Positions 11,233 to 23,959 of a stretch of DNA of 49,419 nucleotides are shown in pieces. Source of the stretch: Octopus sinensis (lineage: Eukaryota); assembly GCF_006345805.1 (NCBI RefSeq), contig NW_021834343.1, positions 1 to 49,419 of the forward strand. The letters are read 5' to 3'. Positions within the stretch are counted from its first letter, which is position 1; each line of letters starts with the position of its first letter. The translations under genes and the position numbers were made by a program. The notes under the pieces were generated by a model. It had not been told where the DNA came from, did no database searches, and was given only the letters and a program-made list of their open reading frames with translations.

Positions 11233-12441
11233 TGTAGAAAGGTGCTCATGGTTCCAAGTGATGGTGTTATAACGGGCAGTAGTTTAAGTCTAGTAGACTT
11301 GGTGGGATTTGAACTCAAATCGCAAAGACCCGGACAAATTCGAACTTGAACTCATACAATACTGCACGGCATTTTTGTCCGAAGCTTCCTAACGATGCTA
11401 CAAAGGCATCGTCTTTACTAAAAACAATAACAATAATCGAATTTTGGGGTAAATTTCTTTATAGAAACAATGTTTTGTTTTGTACTAGAGGTGTATATGG
11501 GTAGCGTATTTGTATTGCTTCAGTGGTTCCTGATAAAATTCGAAAAAGCATTGCTGACTTCGGGTACTTATAAAAAAAAAAAACTCACTCCTATTTCGTG
11601 CATGATGTCCAGTTCAAGTTAGGAAGGTCATTTCGTCTAGATTGTAATTAATTTCCTCTTTAATTTTAATGAAATATCTCTCTTCTTAATATACCTAATT
11701 AATAAGTTACCTGTTAAATCACGCTGAAGATTTCTCAAAAAGACTGAAATAATATTATACATGAATACATGATTAACACCAACTTGAAAATCTAAAAAAG
11801 TTTGTAAACAATAAAAAAATAAATTGAACATCTGAACCCTATCCATCTTTTTCCTTGTATGCTTTAATTTCAAACTCAGATTTCTAATCACGCTTCGTCT
11901 TGTGAGGAGATAGTTATCTCCCTTGTATTAACGGTCATAGCCAGAGGGCACCACGTGTATTTGAATTTAGAAGATTGTATTTCAGGTTAATTTTCCGTAC
12001 CTGTCACACCGCATCGTTCATAATCACTCGTTAAGTTCTAAAGCGATTTTGATATTCATCGGTTCATTCAACCGTGGCTTGAACTTTTGATGAATTCTAA
12101 TCACCATGACCGAGTGCAGCTTTTCTGACGTATTACAGGCTTTGCTGATGACACTATTATTGTCTGTCTGTATGTCGCTATTGTTAAAGATGCCTTTGAC
12201 TATTGCAGCACTGTGTGTATCGTTATTGGGTTTACTAGTCATATCAATATTGTTTGTCTCCGTCGAATGGAAAGATTCATTAATATGGATTAATTTACAT
12301 TTAACAGCACATTTCCTCACTACATTAATGTGTTTTGGGGGTTTAATCGAAATTATTGATGTCTGATGTTCCACGGATATTGTCGTTCGTAGTGTTGGTG
12401 TTATTGTTGTTGTTGTTGGTGGTGGAGGTACTGTTTATATT

Positions 12442-13045
12442 TATTTCTTTATTGCCCACAGGGGGCTAAACATAGAGAGGACAAACAAGGACAAATGCAT
12501 TGAGTCGACTACATCCACCTCAGTGCGAAACTGGTACTTATTTAATCGACCCCGAAAGGATGAATTTGAACTTAGAACGTAAGCATTTCGCAGAATTTGA
12601 ACTCAAAACATAAGCATTTCGTCCGGTGTGCTAGCGATTCTTATTTCTTTATTGCCCACAAGAGGGGACAAACAAGGACAGACAAAGAGATTAAGTCGAT
12701 TACATCGCCCCCAGTGCGTAACTGGTACTTAATTTATTGACCCCGAAAGGATGAAATGCAAAGTCCACCTCGGCAGAATTTGAACTCAGAACGTAACGGC
12801 AGACGAAATACCTATTTCTTTACTACCCACAAGGGGCTAAACACAGAGGAGACAAACAAGGACAGACAAACGGATTAAGTCGATTATATCGACCCCAGTG
12901 CGTAGCTGGTACTTAATTTATCGACCCCGAAAGGATGAAAAGCAAAGTCGACCTCGGCGGAATTTGAACTCAGAACGTAACGGCAGACGAAATACGGCTA
13001 CGCATTTCGCCCGGCGTGCTAACGATTCTGCCAGCTCACTACCCT
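12442..13045 (-). mobile_element. SINE family B, trimeric copy
   Basis: Three body/tail units. 16-bp TSD AGGTACTGTTTATATT at 12426-12441 and 13046-13061. Confidence 0.9.
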
Positions 13046-13412
13046 AGGTACTGTTTATATTGCTCTGCATTTTGTTCCTGCTATTGTTACTATTATTGTT
13101 GAGCTTCTATTGGAACTGATTGAGCAAGCCCACGACCAAAATCATTTTTTATGGTGGGGTGGGTTATAACCAGAATGACGCTGTCCAACAAGTCCTTTCT
13201 CCTCTTGTGATATTTCCGGCAGACAGAACGGTGCGTTGAGAAGGGATTTCTATGTTAATTTTAGTATTACGAGGTGGAAGCGCTAAGTATTGAAGTGTAT
13301 AAATACAATGTTATTACCTATTCAAATACGCCTGTGACAGGTTCGACCTCGTAAACAAGCCATTTACTGTGGCTTGCCATGGAGAAAATTTCTGGCTGTA
13401 GACAAAAGGTGT

Positions 13413-13715
13413 GTTGCTTGTTCCTTCTCGAACTATGCCTGGCTCATAGGACCGGTTTCCCGGTTTCCTTGACGTATAGGTTCTCCACCTGGACGGGACG
13501 CCGATCCGTCGCAGGTGAGCTGCAAAATGCAGGAGGAAAGAGTGTGAGAAAGTTGTAGCCAAAGAGTCAGCAGCGGTTCACCATTACCTTCTGCCGGAGC
13601 TGCGTGGAGCTTAGGTGTTTCGCTCATAAACACACATCGCCCGGTCTGAGATTCGAACCCGCGATCCCTCGACCGTGAGTCCGCTGCTCTAACCCTTAGG
13701 CCATGTTCCTCCACT
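13413..13715 (-). mobile_element. tRNA-derived SINE (family D-like head, family C-like tail)
   Basis: Head GTGGAGG..TGGCCTAAGGGTTAG..GGTTCGAATCTC. TSD GACAAAAGGTGT/GACAAAAAGTGT at 13401-13412 and 13716-13727. Confidence 0.85.
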
Positions 13716-13750
13716 GACAAAAAGTGTAAACACACATAAATCACTTCGCA

Positions 13751-13800
13751 GTGTGTGATGCATTTCGGAGTGGTTTTCTCCTCTTCAGTGATAGACACAG
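13751..13800 (-). ncRNA. Hammerhead-like motif (AUC site, imperfect stem I)
   Basis: Minus strand: CTGAAGA-GGAG-aaaacca-CTCC-GAAA-TGCA-TC-acaca, with a palindromic stem III. Confidence 0.55.
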
Positions 13801-13994
13801 GAAATACATTATGAGTTCGAACGTGTCACTGGCATATTCAAACTGATAATAACTTCGTATTTATACGCGTCACTGCTTAATGCTCCACTCTCCGTAACTT
13901 ATTTACGGTCAGACGCCGATACCATCCGACGTAAAAGAGATTGTCTCTCTCTCTCTCTCTCTCTCATCAGCTCGTAGCGCCACGGTCCGGTTTC

Positions 13995-14040
13995 TGTAAC
14001 TGAAGAGGAGATAACTCCGAAATGTTTGCATCCCATAGTC
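13995..14040 (+). ncRNA. Hammerhead-like motif (AUC site, imperfect stem I)
   Basis: CTGAAGA (14000-14006)-GGAG-ataa-CTCC-GAAA-TGtttgCA-TC. Confidence 0.55.
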
Positions 14041-14357
14041 TGGACAGGTGTTGCTACGAGCTGATTTAGGTGTATTTACAGCTATTTGTCTTCAGCGAAA
14101 ATTTTCCTCTATGACAAAACACAGTGAATGGCTTGTTTACGAGTTCGAACCTGCCATTGGTAATAAATTGCATTCATTTTTAATATGTCCACTGAACCTA
14201 TACAGGCCCCATCGTTACCTCCGGAATGATTTTACTCCCAGCATAAAAACTTTATTATAATTTAGGATCAGATTAAACACAGAAACACACACACACACTC
14301 ATACACACACACACACACGCACGCACACACACGCACACACACACACACACACACACA

Positions 14358-14436
<79 letters not shown>

Positions 14437-15051
14437 TGCCTGCACGCACGGGTAGCTTTTAACTTTTACTGTCTGAAGGGTTTTTAAACCCGGTATTTAC
14501 ACACTATTATTTGTGTTATGCATACATACATACATACATACATAAGCGCACGCGCATTAGGTGATTGAGATTCTCTATCATTCAATGGTGAGTATTCAGT
14601 TGTTCAATGAACTGAAGTATAACTTACTCCTAAATTAACGTGCTAGTGGCTGAGTATTCCAAAGACGGCATGTACCCTTAACGTAATTCTCAGATAGAGT
14701 CACCAAAGCAGTGTGGGTGACAAGGATCTAGCTTTTGAATTACAGGTTTTATCCACCTACCGAGCTTCTATACAGTTTCCCCACAAAAGTATGGGTCGAC
14801 CTGAGGTTATAGAAAATTACATTAGTTGCCCAAGGTGCCACGCAGTGCAACTGAACTCCGAACCTCTTCCTCAGCAAAGCCTTTGATCGTGTTTAATATG
14901 CAAGTGTCCTGTCAGAACCCTTCATCTACAAATATCCTGTTAGAACTCTCCACTCATCTCTCAACTTTTGAATTCGTAGCTTCCAAACATATCGTACCAT
15001 TATGTGCCGACTAAGCTCTTTCTGTTTCACTCTGAAGAAACTCTGGAGTTT

Positions 15052-15295
15052 GTGGAGACGCGTGGCTTAATGTGTAGGGTGTTGGACTCATGATCGTAAG
15101 ATTGTGGTTTCGATTCCCGGACCGAGCTATGCATTGTGTTCTTGAGCAATGTACTTCATTTCACGTTGCTCCAGTCCACTCAGCTGGCAAAAAAAAAGAG
15201 TAATCTTGCGACAGACAGACGTCCCGTCTAGGTGGGACGCCATGAAACCGGGAAGCCGACCCTTATGAGTCAGTATAACTCGAGAAGGAAACTTT
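15052..15295 (+). mobile_element. SINE family C
   Basis: Homologous to 3338-3600; A and B boxes present. Confidence 0.8.
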
Positions 15296-15339
15296 AGCTT
15301 TCACTGTAATTTTTTCCAGGGTTCGATTCTCTGCTCTGC

Positions 15340-16560
15340 TCTCTTTTTCCTAAACATCAATGACAAACATGTTACAACATTCAACAGTGTCCCCTTTTAT
15401 GCAGATAATATGACATCTACCGCATGCATCAAAAACACACAACTAAGACACTACACGTCAAACGTACATTGAATCCATAAATGGAGAGCTTGAGAGCACC
15501 ATTCAGAAGAACCATGCTAGTCTTGTCTTTTGAAACGGCAAAAAAAAAACAAAAAAACATTCAGGCATTACTCATACCAAGAAAACACCACTCAGTACTC
15601 CACCATTAAACATAATAAGCACTCGATCTTCAGTTTTGCTTACGTTCCAAATACCGGCCAGCTTCACTGGAGTTCGTTCTGAGCAAAACCACATTCTAAG
15701 CGTTACTAACATCGCATCCCAAAGACAAGCTCTTACCTTCAGAGCCAGAAGCTATTTTAAACCAACAGGGGCTCCTGTCAATCTACAAGGCTCAATTAAA
15801 TCCTAGGTCCAACGAGGAATACTGCGAGCACACATGGGACGGTGCTACCGCAGCACTTCGTAACATCATGGATAGCATCTAGATAAGTGTCAGGGATGCT
15901 GACTGGCGTTCAAGTACTAACGGATACACTCTTACTTCTGATCCGTGGAGGCGCAATGGCTCAGTGGTTAGGGCAGCGGACTCGCGGTCGGAGGATCGCG
16001 GTTTCGATTCCCAGACCGGGCATTGTGAGCGTTTATTGAGCGAAAACACCTAAAGCTCCACGACGCTCCGGCAAGGGTTGGTGGTGAACCCTGCTGTACT
16101 CTTTCACCACAACTTTCACTCGCTCTTTCTTTCTGTTTCTCTTGTACCTGTATTTCAAAGGGCCAGCCTTGTCACACTCTGTGTCACGCTGAATCTCCTC
16201 GAGAACTACGTTAAGGGTACACGTGTCTGTGGAGTGCTCAGCCACTTGCACGTTAATATCACGAGCAAGCTGTTCCGTTGATCGTATCAGCTGGGACCCT
16301 CATCGTCGCAACCGACGGAGTGCTCCTACTTCTGATCCGATGGCATGCTGTCATCTAACTTTTGCTTTTTGCTTTTTATCTTTTCTGCTATCGCTATTAT
16401 AATAGCATCTGTTTCTCAGATTTCGGTGGGGTTGTGCCTCAACCACTCAAGCAGCCTACGGCCTATACGTCTTCACACAAGGATTACTGTGTCCAACCCT
16501 TCGTTCCCAGAATATCACCGCCCCTCCCTGAAATTTGTTTTACCTGCAGCGTTTTAACTG
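15340..16560 (+). mobile_element. Old CR1/L2-group LINE relic (RT C-terminal part)
   Basis: Degenerate motifs YAD(N), LSIYKAQ..RP..EYCEHTWDGA and LF(C)YRYYNSIC. Interrupted by a SINE at 15946-16326. Confidence 0.65.
15946..16326 (+). mobile_element. tRNA-derived SINE family D
   Basis: A box TGGCTCAGTGG, B box GTTTCGATTCC. 13-bp TSD TACTTCTGATCCG at 15933-15945 and 16327-16339. A degraded antisense fragment lies at about 14635-14750. Confidence 0.9.
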
Positions 16561-16704
16561 AAATAATTATCAACACTAATCTCAATAATGGTAATATGTG
16601 TGTGTGGGGGGGGGTTCCGTCTCTGCGTAAGTGTGCGTGTGTGGTTGTGTTAGCCTGCGCGCGCACATGTTTACATTTATTTGCTTCAATCATTGCACGG
16701 TAAC

Positions 16705-17483
16705 AATATGGCACCGCCTTGAAGTGTTTTAGCCCAACAAATCGACCGCAGTACTTATTTTTTAAGTGTTACATATGCTATCGATCACCCTTCTGCCCAA
16801 CCGCTAAGTTACGAAAATGTAAACAATCTAACACTTTTTATGAATCAGTGGAGACAAGAACAAACACAAACACACATACATACACACATATATGTATGCA
16901 CAAAGGCGGCGAGCTGGCAGAAACGTTAGCACGCCGGGCGAAATGTTTTGCGGTATTTCGTCTGCCGTTACGTTCTGAGTTCAAATTCCGCCGAGGTCAA
17001 CTTTGCCTTTCATCCTTTTGGGGTCGATTAAATAAGTACCAGTTACGCACTGGGGTTGATATAATTGACTTAATCCGTTTGTCTGTCCTGGTTTGTTCCT
17101 TCTGTGTTTAGCCCTTTCTGGGCAGTAAAGAAATATGTATTTCGCCTGTACGTTCTGAGTTCAAATTCCGCCGAAGTCGACTTTGCATTTCATCTTTTCG
17201 TGATCGATAAATTAAGTACCAGTTGCGTACTGGTGTCGATCTAATCGACTGGCCCTCTCCCCAAAACTTTAGAACATTGTGCCTAGAATAGAAAAGCATA
17301 TATGTATACTCAGACATATATATATATATGTATATGTATGTATGTATGTACATATATATGTATGTATATGTATATGTATGTATGTATATGTATATGTATG
17401 TATATGTAATTATATACGTATATGTATATATATATACATATATCTATATATAAATATATGTATGTATATTTATATATATACAT

Positions 17484-17519
<36 letters not shown>

Positions 17520-17678
17520 GTGTGTGTGTGTGTGTACAACGGGCTTCTTTCAATTTCCGTATTCGTTGGTCTGAAGCTATAGTAGCAGTCGCTTGCCCAG
17601 GGTGCTACGAAAAGGGACTGAATTCAAAACTGTGTGGATGGAAAACAAACTTCTTACCATACACCCATACCTGCGCCT
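16705..17678 (-). mobile_element. Degraded SINE family A split by a SINE B insertion
   Basis: 3' part about 16705-16870 and 5' part about 17535-17678 (GCTTGCCCAGGGTGCTACG). Confidence 0.65.
16903..17296 (+). mobile_element. SINE family B, dimeric copy
   Basis: Same head and core as 6708-7124. Imperfect TSD CATATATGTATGCACA/CATATATGTATACTCA at 16887-16902 and 17297-17312. Confidence 0.85.
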
Positions 17679-17897
17679 AAACACATATGCGTATGTATAT
17701 ATATATATGTTTGTGTGCGTGTATGTGTGCGTGTATGTGTATGTGTGTATGTATATATGTATGTATATTGTATATATACACACACACATATATATATATA
17801 TAAAGGTAAACAAACAAAATTACCATAACTACATACCCAGACATACATATTTTCATGCCTATACGCGTGTATATATATATATATACATACATATATA

Positions 17898-18135
17898 TCG
17901 GGTTGGTGCATAATTATTGCGGCTTTTTTTTCAACAAAAGCCATAATAATATTTAACAAAAACATCTTTAAATGACAGTCTGACCGTCTGCCAAACAAAT
18001 GGGAAGCAGTAATTGAAGTAGATGGTGAATATGCTCCGGAATAACCATTTAAGGATGTTTTTGTTACATGTTGGTATTGTTCTTCTTGAATACAATTTGC
18101 TGGAAAAAAGCCGCAATAATTATGCACCAACCCAA
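17898..18135. mobile_element. Mariner-type MITE
   Basis: TIRs of about 31 bp, TCGGGTTGGTGCATAATTATTGCGGCTTTTT / AAAAAGCCGCAATAATTATGCACCAACCCAA. Inserted at TA; resembles Hsmar1/MADE1-type TIRs. Confidence 0.9.
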
Positions 18136-18148
18136 CACACACACACAT

Positions 18149-18261
<113 letters not shown>

Positions 18262-19014
18262 CATGCATGTATATGCATGAAAATGTGTGTTTGGGTGTGA
18301 AGTTATGGTAATTTCGTTTGCTTACTGTTAATTTAAAAGTCGATATAACTTGAAATAGTCCATGACGAAGGTTTCAGCAGATTTTAACCGTTATTAAATT
18401 TAAGGCTACGGCACAACATGAAAGAGCTTCTCTCTAAAGATTATTTCTACAGATGTACCGAAGCTTACATATAATGGGTAAGAATACAACAAAAGCAAGC
18501 TAAAGAATAGATACAAGCAATTAGTGCCCAGACCTCACCAGCTACCAAAGAATCCAACATCGAACGAAACCTATTTAGGAAGAATTACTATACTCTCACT
18601 TTCCTAATATTCTTCATTTTCCCTCTTTTTTTTCTGTTTAATCATATATTTTGATACTCACTTCTTTTCTTTTGCTCGTTTCAGGCATTAAACTGAGGCC
18701 ATGCTGAGGCACCGCCTTGAAGGGGTTTAATCGAACAAATCAAACCCCGATATTTTTTTGCTTTATTTTTACGCTTGGTACTTATCCTATCGGGCTCTTG
18801 TCGAACTGCTCATTTACGTAAACGTAAACAAACCAACACCGGTCGTCAAGCGGAGGTAGGAGGACAATACAAACACACATACATAATATGTATATAGATA
18901 TATATATATATACATGCACATATAACTATATACACACACACGCACACGCACATATATTTATGGCCAGTCACATGACTGAAACAAGTAAAAGAGTAAAGAG
19001 TAAAGTGTAGTGAT

Positions 19015-19270
19015 CGTATATCCCTTTTCCAGATAGTCTTCCAATATAGGAATTTTTGAGCCCCCAACAAGGGTTAGTGTCACCTTTCCCACTGAAGACT
19101 GTGTCTTGAATTTTTCCGTCGCGGACGATCCAGGATGTTTCCACTCCATACTGTGTCTTCTGGATTCTGCATCATATTGATGGACCCACGTTTCATTCCC
19201 TGTAACTATTCGTCTCAAAAATTCCTCACCCTCATTCATGTAGCGATCAAGTAAGTGTTGGCAGATTGAA
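19015..19270 (-). pseudogene. Mariner transposase fragment
   Basis: FLRRIVTG(N)ETWVHQYDAESRRHSMEW...SVGKV, the region of the first catalytic Asp. Confidence 0.85.
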
Positions 19271-19281
19271 ATGAAATGAAA

Positions 19282-19937
19282 TCATCGCAGATAGAGCTCT
19301 TCGGAATGACCCCGCAGCCGACGCTCTGGAGCAGGAGTGAAGAACAGCCCTTTCGAGAGGTTACACTTTCCGCTTATGATGTTGTGAGCAAGAATGAGAT
19401 CACCACGGCGTCGTCGTTTTTCTAGAGAATAAAGGTCGGGCGTCTTCAGCCTTTCTTCATAAGACAAATGCTTGAAACCAAGAACCATGCGGATAGCCAA
19501 ATTCTGGACTCTTTCGAGATGCTGTATGTCTTTGAGGAGATAAGGAGAAGAGGCTTGAATCCCGTACTCCAATATGGGTCTCAGCAGCGTGACATAGAGC
19601 GGTAGGAATAAAGCTGCTGTGAGCATTCCGAATGACCGTCGAATCAAAAACAGAACTCCGCGTGCTTTGTTGGCAGCATGGACACACTGGGCCGAAGGCG
19701 AAAAGGAAAAATCCACCAAGATACTCAGGTCCTTTACCTGGTCGGTCCTCTCCAGCAGCAGACGACCCGGCTCGAAATCAAGTTGAGTTGCAGGAGAAGA
19801 GCCAACAGGCAGATGACAGCACTTTGACACGTTCAGACACAGGTCCCATTCGTTAGACCATCTCCAAATTTGGTGGAGGCATCGACGAAGATCCTCTATA
19901 TCACCGCGAGGAGCGACCAGATTGACATCATCGACAA
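19282..19937 (-). mobile_element. CR1-clade LINE fragment (RT C-terminus)
   Basis: FVDDVNL..RDIEDLRRCL..WS.EWDLCLNVSKC..VKDL..LYVTLLRPILEYGIQASSPYL.KDIQHLERVQ..LSYEERLK..LEKRRRRGDLI..LRGH. Confidence 0.9.
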
Positions 19938-20248
19938 ATGGATTAAGTCGATTACATCGACCCCAGTGCGTAACTGGTACTTAATTTATCGACTCCGAAA
20001 GGATGAAAGCAAAGTCGACCTCGGCGGAATTTGTATGTATGTATGTAAGTATGTATGTATTATGTATGTATTATGTATGTATGTATGTATGTATGTGTAT
20101 GTATGTATGTATGTATGTATCAATGTGTCACTCTGTACATCTACGTATATACGATTGCACTCGCTAATTTTCCCTCTCTCCCAATCTCTGCACACATATG
20201 TACACACACACATACCGATATATATATATATATATACACACACACACC

Positions 20249-20303
<55 letters not shown>

Positions 20304-20319
20304 CTATAGATAGATAGAT

Positions 20320-20370
<51 letters not shown>

Positions 20371-21204
20371 TAGACACATACATGTGCGCATGCGTGTTTG
20401 CGTATTTATATACACATCTATATATCCACATTTATATATACATGCATGTATTCATATATGTAGATGTATATGGAAGAAAAACTTACTGCACACATTTGTT
20501 ACATTCAAGACGTGACCGCTTTCATTAAATCTTTTCTTCTCTTTCTTTTTCCTTTTTGTTTGTTTCCCTTTTCTTATTTCCTTATTATTATTTATTATTT
20601 ATTTGTCCTTAAAGTTTTGTTTGATGTAATCACGTTGCTAATCCTATTAAAATTTCAATACTTTCTCGACCTCATTTTCTGAACAAACATAATCAATAAC
20701 GATGATGTGCTGTCGCCATGTTTTTGTAATAAGGTACAAAGGATCATGGGATTGATGTCGCTAAAGGACCACATTTCTAAATATTAAAAGATATTAAACT
20801 TGAAGGGAGACGTGTCTTCAATCAAATATTTCTGATGTCTCCTCTCTTTCTTTCCCTCATTCTTTTCTGTATCTCCCTCGCTCTCTCCTCTCTTTCTCTC
20901 TCTCTCTTCTCTCTCTCACACCTCTATCATATTCTATATATATATACAAACATGCATACGCGCACACACGCGCACAAAAACGTACACGCACATCGATACA
21001 TGCATACATACATTGTATACATACATACCAATACACGTATTTCTATGCATATTTATACTATTTATTGAAATTTTGATAACAGCTCCAGCAAAATTGTTTT
21101 GATATACTAAATCATATTTATATATTTGATATACACAGATTATACGTGTGCTTGTGCGTGTGTGTGTGTGTGTGTGTGTGCGTGTGTGTGTGTGCATATA
21201 TGTG

Positions 21205-21250
<46 letters not shown>

Positions 21251-21333
21251 GCGTGTTTGTGTGAGTATATATATATATATATATAATAAATAAAGGGTGC
21301 AAATAGCACCGTCGATATTTGACTCTGTGTATC

Positions 21334-21374
<41 letters not shown>

Positions 21375-21523
21375 GCACAGACACACACACATACACACAC
21401 ACACACATGACCATCCATTTACATACGCATACGTTTATAATATATATATATATGACCGCGTGTGTACCGTTGGCGATTTTTTTTCCCTCTGTCTTCCCTT
21501 CTCTGGATCTTTCCTTCTCCTAT

Positions 21524-21558
21524 GTTTCCGACGAAGAGCTCCGCTCGAAACGTTAAAC
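21524..21558 (+). ncRNA. Minimal type I hammerhead motif with a U4C core change (Penelope pseudo-LTR type)
   Basis: gttt-CCGACGA-aGAGCtccGCTC-GAAAC-GTT-aaac, with a loopless palindromic stem III. Confidence 0.65.
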
Positions 21559-21653
21559 CCTCCTCCTTCCCTTCCTTCCTGAGCGTCCAATAATACTATA
21601 TTTGTTCCACGTCCTCACGTTGTTGTGTTTTTTTGTGCTTTCATGTTTGGATT

Positions 21654-21699
<46 letters not shown>

Positions 21700-22245
21700 A
21701 TATATATATATACAAATTGAGATAGGGGTTGTAAATGCAATCCTCTATGGGATAACGTATATCCAATATACTGCTAGTGAAGTACCCAACAAATTTAATA
21801 CATAAATGTTAATGATTGCGATGCAATCAATTCATTTACTGTATTATATGGGCAAAGGTAAAATTATTTACAGATGTGTTTCTCCATTTTCTTATCTTGT
21901 AAATATATATATACATATAGATGCATACCTACGCATATATGTATACAAGTATACACAGACACACATATATATATAGGTGTCTATACATACATAGATGCAC
22001 ACATACATACATACATATATACATACATGCGTAGGCAATAAGCTCAACAGAGATCTTGGGAGACCATAGCAGAAATAAGAACTCAATACCGAATGATGTA
22101 GAGTGTATATTTTATTATTTGAAAGAAGACTTACAAGAGCTAATCTACATATATATTTATATGACACTTGCTCGCTCAATCTGTCTCTCGTTATCTTTGT
22201 ATTTTTCCCTCTCCCCCTCTCCCTCTTTCACTTCCTCTCTCTCCT

Positions 22246-22279
<34 letters not shown>

Positions 22280-22468
22280 TCTATGTGTTTGCTTTGTGTG
22301 TATTTCTAAGTATGTGTGTATGTATGTATGTATGTATGCATATTTGTCAGTGTATGTCTATTTGTATGTGTTGATGTACGTTTGTGTGAGTGTATATCTG
22401 TGTGTGTGTGTGTGAGTGCGTATGTGTGCAGGCACGGACTCATGTGTACAAGGTGTGTTTGTGTGTGT

Positions 22469-22509
<41 letters not shown>

Positions 22510-22745
22510 TGTGTTTGTGTGTGTGTGTGTATAATATATGCAGATTTAAAGAGCTACACATTCATTATATGGCTTACCCGCTGGCTGAGAGCAAACATGA
22601 TGGCTTTTGGCTGACATATAAACATGTGTAATGAATCTGTGACTTTTAAATTTCCCCATACGTGTTTGTGTGTGAGCGTGTGCTACTGCGTGTGTACATG
22701 TATATTCCCGTATATTCATGCATATATATACACATACACATACAT

Positions 22746-22787
<42 letters not shown>

Positions 22788-22791
22788 TTTC

Positions 22792-22847
22792 TAGCAAAAA
22801 CTGTCTGATGAACGGCAACGAGAAACTCAGAGTAACAGATTTTGTTG
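22792..22847 (+). ncRNA. Type I hammerhead ribozyme motif (GUA site)
   Basis: agcaaaaactgt-CTGATGA(22805-22811)-aCGgcaaCGa-GAAAC-tcaga-GTA-acagattttgtt. Long stem I and a GNRA-capped stem II. Confidence 0.8.
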
Positions 22848-22870
22848 AATTTTCTGCTGCTTTAATTAAA

Positions 22871-22913
<43 letters not shown>

Positions 22914-23478
22914 CACACACCTACGTGTGTGCGTGTGTGTACAGTCGCATACATACTAAACACACAAAACTTACATATACAAATGTATATTTGCTTTGCC
23001 AGACATTTATACTATATGTCCTGACTGAAAGTAAAATATAAGTTTTGAATTCGATAAACAGAAATTCACCATGCAACGTTGTGCTTACGATTTCAATCCT
23101 ATTGTGCAACAAGCGTTTTCATCCATAGCCTAAGGTATGACAGTAATACTCGGTGGACAGAAATTATTGGGAGACAATCCTACTCCTTTTCATTTGTGGT
23201 GTACTTAATACGCCTCGGAAATCAACGCCTCCACACCATCCTTGTATGTAGTGGAATTCATTCAGCACCATGCTTTTACACAACGTCTGCAGACTGAGGA
23301 TAATATTTTCCTATCAGTTTCAGTTTCAAATGTTTCAAATGGTCAAAACTATTGTTCAAAACTGTACAAAAAGAAATTCAAAAGAGCGAGACAGGTAAGA
23401 TTAAAAACATACATGGAGTATTAGTTTGACACTCAGGTAAAATGGAAGAGGTTTTTGACGTTTCGAGGAGAGAAAACA

Positions 23479-23514
<36 letters not shown>

Positions 23515-23750
23515 GAGAGAGAGAGAGAGAAAGAAATAACATGGAGAGAAAATAACGTTTCCCCAAATTGAAAAAATTAAGATATTAAGATATATTCTTA
23601 ACATAAAAATATGCGGTACTTAACTCCCATTGCTGAACACAACATTTACGTGTGTGCGTGTGCGTGTGCGTGTGTGCATGTGTGTGTGTGTGTGTGTATG
23701 TGTGTGTGTATGTGTCTGTGTCTGTGTATAGATAGGTAGATAGATATTAT

Positions 23751-23812
<62 letters not shown>

Positions 23813-23959
23813 GTAATAATAATAATAATAAATAATAATAATAACAATACTATAAGTGGCCAGCATGCCTTAAAGCCAACGCACATACATAAGTGTGTGT
23901 CACTGTATGCGTGAGTGTGTATGGGGCTGTACCAGTAAGCCTCATACATTAACATACAT

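Noticed and set aside
15946-16020. tRNA gene-like A/B boxes (also at 3530-3600 and 13640-13715)
   Set aside because: No proper acceptor stem; they continue into SINE bodies flanked by TSDs.
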